From: a virus
Taxonomy: Duplodnaviria; Caudoviricetes
IMG/VR virus record: IMGVR_UViG_3300020045_002845
Coordinates: 1 to 48,511 of that record
Direction: 5' to 3' (one strand)
DNA length: 48,511 bases
The notes under the pieces are model-generated. The model was not told the DNA's origin. It saw only the letters and a list, made by a program, of their open reading frames with translations, and did not search any database. Each line of letters starts with the position of its first letter. Position 1 is the first letter of the stretch. The position numbers and the translations under genes are program-made. Of this stretch, positions 46,116-48,511 are shown piece after piece.

Positions 46116-46350
46116 AGCCGATTAGCTCCAGCGCCTGTAAAAGCTTCTGTATAGCATCCTGACGTCGTTGTTCGATCATACCTACTACATGTGACGCCTC
46201 ATACGTTAAAGTCGCGTAGCTAAGCCCTGACGCTTCAGAAAGTGCCATTGCTGCATATGATGCTGCCGTAGATGCTACTGCTGCGTTCTCAGTCCACTTT
46301 ACCCGCGCCTTCTGTTCCTCAGTTGCGTACCTTGCAAATGTTTCACCCAT
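46105..46350 (-). CDS. Hypothetical protein
   Basis: AGGAG RBS; MGETFARY. Confidence 0.65.
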   Translation of the reverse strand: MGETFARYATEEQKARVKWTENAAVASTAASYAAMALSEASGLSYATLTYEASHVVGMIEQRRQDAIQKLLQALELIGYDK

Positions 46351-46378
46351 GATTTTCTCCTGTTTGTTTCGATGAGTT

Positions 46379-46407
46379 AATCTACCGCTGTATTTAATGG
46401 GATGCAA
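46379..46407 (-). promoter_or_regulatory. Early-type promoter
   Basis: TTGCAT-N13-GCGG-TAGATT. Confidence 0.65.
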
Positions 46408-46424
46408 GTAATCTTTGCTATTAT

Positions 46425-46720
46425 TTTTAGCAATAAGTGCTGTTATGCACTAAATCCAGCCTATAGGCTAACCGTAGGATTGGCAACCTTCCCTACGCGC
46501 AGCCCTTGGTATCACTGGGTTTGGTATATATATAGGCTAATAGGGAAGGGGTATCTATATCATCATTATTATTACTGTATATTTATACATGCATAGGCAA
46601 ATTCTTATGTATTTCCACACATGGTCATTAAGGCTACCCTTCCCTATTAGCCTACTGGCACTTAAAGCAATGATTTATATGTGTAATATTTAGGCTATAG
46701 GCCATCCTACAAGCTTAAAA
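46425..46720. other. Putative replication origin
   Basis: 18-bp perfect inverted repeat around an AT-rich spacer, TAGGCT repeats, upstream of the DUF3987 gene. Confidence 0.55.
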
Positions 46721-46819
46721 ATGCGCCCTACGGATAAATATTCCCATTGATAAATATGCTTGTTGATAACATGATTGTTTAGGGATATAGTGTTGTTTAA
46801 TGTGAAAAAGGAGTTCTAT

Positions 46820-47074
46820 ATGTGTGCAACAAGAGCATTTAAAAAGAGAAAAGAAAGCATTGAATGGAAGTTAAGACCAAGAAGAAACAACAAGTTGGGG
46901 CTTAAAGGTGTGGATTTCAGGTTCGGGGCATATAGAGCGAAAATAACATGGAATAAAAACCAGTACGAACTTGGTAGGTTTGAAACGAAAGAAGATGCTT
47001 ATCAAGAATTCCTGCGGGCCTTTTACTGGATACTTAACAATCCAGAATTGAACTTTGAAGAGGAATTCGAATAA
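46820..47074 (+). CDS. Stand-alone AP2-like domain protein
   Basis: AAGGAG RBS; NKLGLKGV...YRAKI...LGRFETKEDA. Confidence 0.7.
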   Translation: MCATRAFKKRKESIEWKLRPRRNNKLGLKGVDFRFGAYRAKITWNKNQYELGRFETKEDAYQEFLRAFYWILNNPELNFEEEFE

Positions 47075-48511
47075 ATGGCATCCATAACCATTGCAGATGT
47101 TTTCTATGCCGCAAAGGCTGCTGGAGTCCACCCGGTAAGAGCGGCCATCCAGCTTGAATATAAGAATTTGCTAGACCATCACCTCTGGCCAATTCCCGTC
47201 ATGGAGGACGTTGCTGATTTTGAGTTCAAAACAAAAGATATAGTCACAATGGATGGCGGTCGCCAAGACCTTCTTTCTCAGTGCTCGCGAGACATATCAA
47301 AAACTGTGCAATTCCCAGTAAGTACGGCATTCATGCATGGCATGGGGATTATTGCTACAGCTATGACTACTGGGTTTAGCTATAACTATTACGATACTCC
47401 AAAAAAAGTTAACCTGTACATCGTCACAAGCCAACCTACGGGTGCGGGAAAGTCAGCTATGAATGATTACTTCTACAAAGCTGTCGAGGCTGAGTACCTA
47501 CGGATAGCATCTACGAACCGAAAAGAGCGCCGCCGTTGCATCATCAAGATTGAGCAATATGAAGAGCAACTTAAAACAACCAAACAAGTCAATCAAATAC
47601 TACAGCTTGAGAATGATATTCAATGTGAGAGAGAGAAGATGAACGCGTTCCCAGTCTACACCTACACATGGACAGACATTACACCGGAAGCTCTTGAGGT
47701 TTGCGCCGCTCAACAGAACGGGTTTTTTAACCTAGTCAGTGATGAGGCAACAATCATTAACAGCTTACTAGGTGATATGTATTCAGATCGCGTTAAGAAC
47801 AACGAAATGCTTTTGAAGGGATGGGATGGCGACTTAGTTTCTTCTGCGCGCGTTAGCCGTAAGGGATTTAACGGATACCCAAATGGTAATGTTGCGGTAT
47901 GCGCTCAGGACGAAACTATTAAGGCAATTCTTTTCGCAGGAGAGCGAGGTAATGGTATTTGCCAGCGGTTCCTGATTCATCGTGAGCCTACCATGATGGG
48001 TAAGCGTAATTACTCAACAGTTAAATATCACCCTAAAGACAAGGCGTTGCACGCGAGATATCACCGGCTTATCAACGCTCTAATGTCTGAAGATTCAGTT
48101 GTGCTTGAATTCCATCCTGAAGCCATGAAATTTATCCATTTAGTAAAAGATAAATATGAAATGACAATTGGTGATGGTGGTTCTAACAGCCAGGAAATGC
48201 TACGTGGTGTGGTAGCTAAGCTTGATAAGCAAATCATGAAGATGAGCTGTATTCTACATGCCATAACTCAATGGTGTGATGGTGGCGATAAGTCAAGAGT
48301 AATTAAAGAAGAAACAGTATCATGGGCATTTGCAATTTATGAATCATTACTTGAATCTTATATAAACTCAGCCAGTTCTCAGGGATTTATTGGTAAGAAT
48401 GTAGAAGTTACAAAGGTAAAAGAGAAGATCACCTTCTTCATGGAGAAGGGAGCAAAAACCATCAGCATTCAGAAACTAAAGGATGCTGTTAAGAACATCA
48501 ACCCATTCAAA
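47075..48511 (+). CDS. DUF3987/YfjI-like P-loop replication protein, 5' part (continues to 235 across the junction, about 516 aa)
   Basis: ATG 47075 (MASITIADVF...), Walker A-like SQPTGAGKS, Walker B-like LVSDEA; same frame as ORF 50..235 after circularisation. Confidence 0.8.
   Translation, partial: MASITIADVFYAAKAAGVHPVRAAIQLEYKNLLDHHLWPIPVMEDVADFEFKTKDIVTMDGGRQDLLSQCSRDISKTVQFPVSTAFMHGMGIIATAMTTGFSYNYYDTPKKVNLYIVTSQPTGAGKSAMNDYFYKAVEAEYLRIASTNRKERRRCIIKIEQYEEQLKTTKQVNQILQLENDIQCEREKMNAFPVYTYTWTDITPEALEVCAAQQNGFFNLVSDEATIINSLLGDMYSDRVKNNEMLLKGWDGDLVSSARVSRKGFNGYPNGNVAVCAQDETIKAILFAGERGNGICQRFLIHREPTMMGKRNYSTVKYHPKDKALHARYHRLINALMSEDSVVLEFHPEAMKFIHLVKDKYEMTIGDGGSNSQEMLRGVVAKLDKQIMKMSCILHAITQWCDGGDKSRVIKEETVSWAFAIYESLLESYINSASSQGFIGKNVEVTKVKEKITFFMEKGAKTISIQKLKDAVKNINPFK
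48391..48511. repeat. Terminal direct repeat (circular assembly overlap), copy 2
   Basis: Identical to 1-121. Confidence 0.95.

Noticed and set aside
1-48511. CRISPR array, DGR/retron reverse transcriptase, introns
   Set aside because: No spaced repeat array, RT motifs or interrupted core genes found by eye

Overview
Apparently complete genome (48,390 bp plus a 121-bp assembly overlap, 1-121 = 48391-48511) of a siphovirus of enterobacteria. No integrase was seen, so it is probably lytic. The replication/recombination module is T1/Drexlerviridae-like: primase, HTH regulator, DEAH helicase, VRR-NUC, RecE-like exonuclease, ERF, SSB, and a junction-spanning DUF3987 P-loop protein beside a likely origin. 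The minus-strand virion module runs terS/terL, depolymerase-like spike, portal, head morphogenesis, lysis cassette, protease/scaffold, capsid, tail, tape measure, tail tip and a split receptor-binding protein. It is interrupted by accessory islands and several HNH/AP2 genes. Most notable features missed by the ORF track: (1) a ~620-nt promoter-driven structured non-coding region (28764-29400) containing a canonical type I hammerhead ribozyme; (2) a 42-aa peptide with GSSNSPSR at both ends, coupled to two membrane proteins; (3) a c4/CI-like antisense-attenuator RNA in front of an HNH gene; (4) two paralogous promoter/operator-zinc finger-HNH cassettes; (5) three coupled ~29-aa membrane micropeptides. 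Family assignments come from motif recognition by eye, not database searches.
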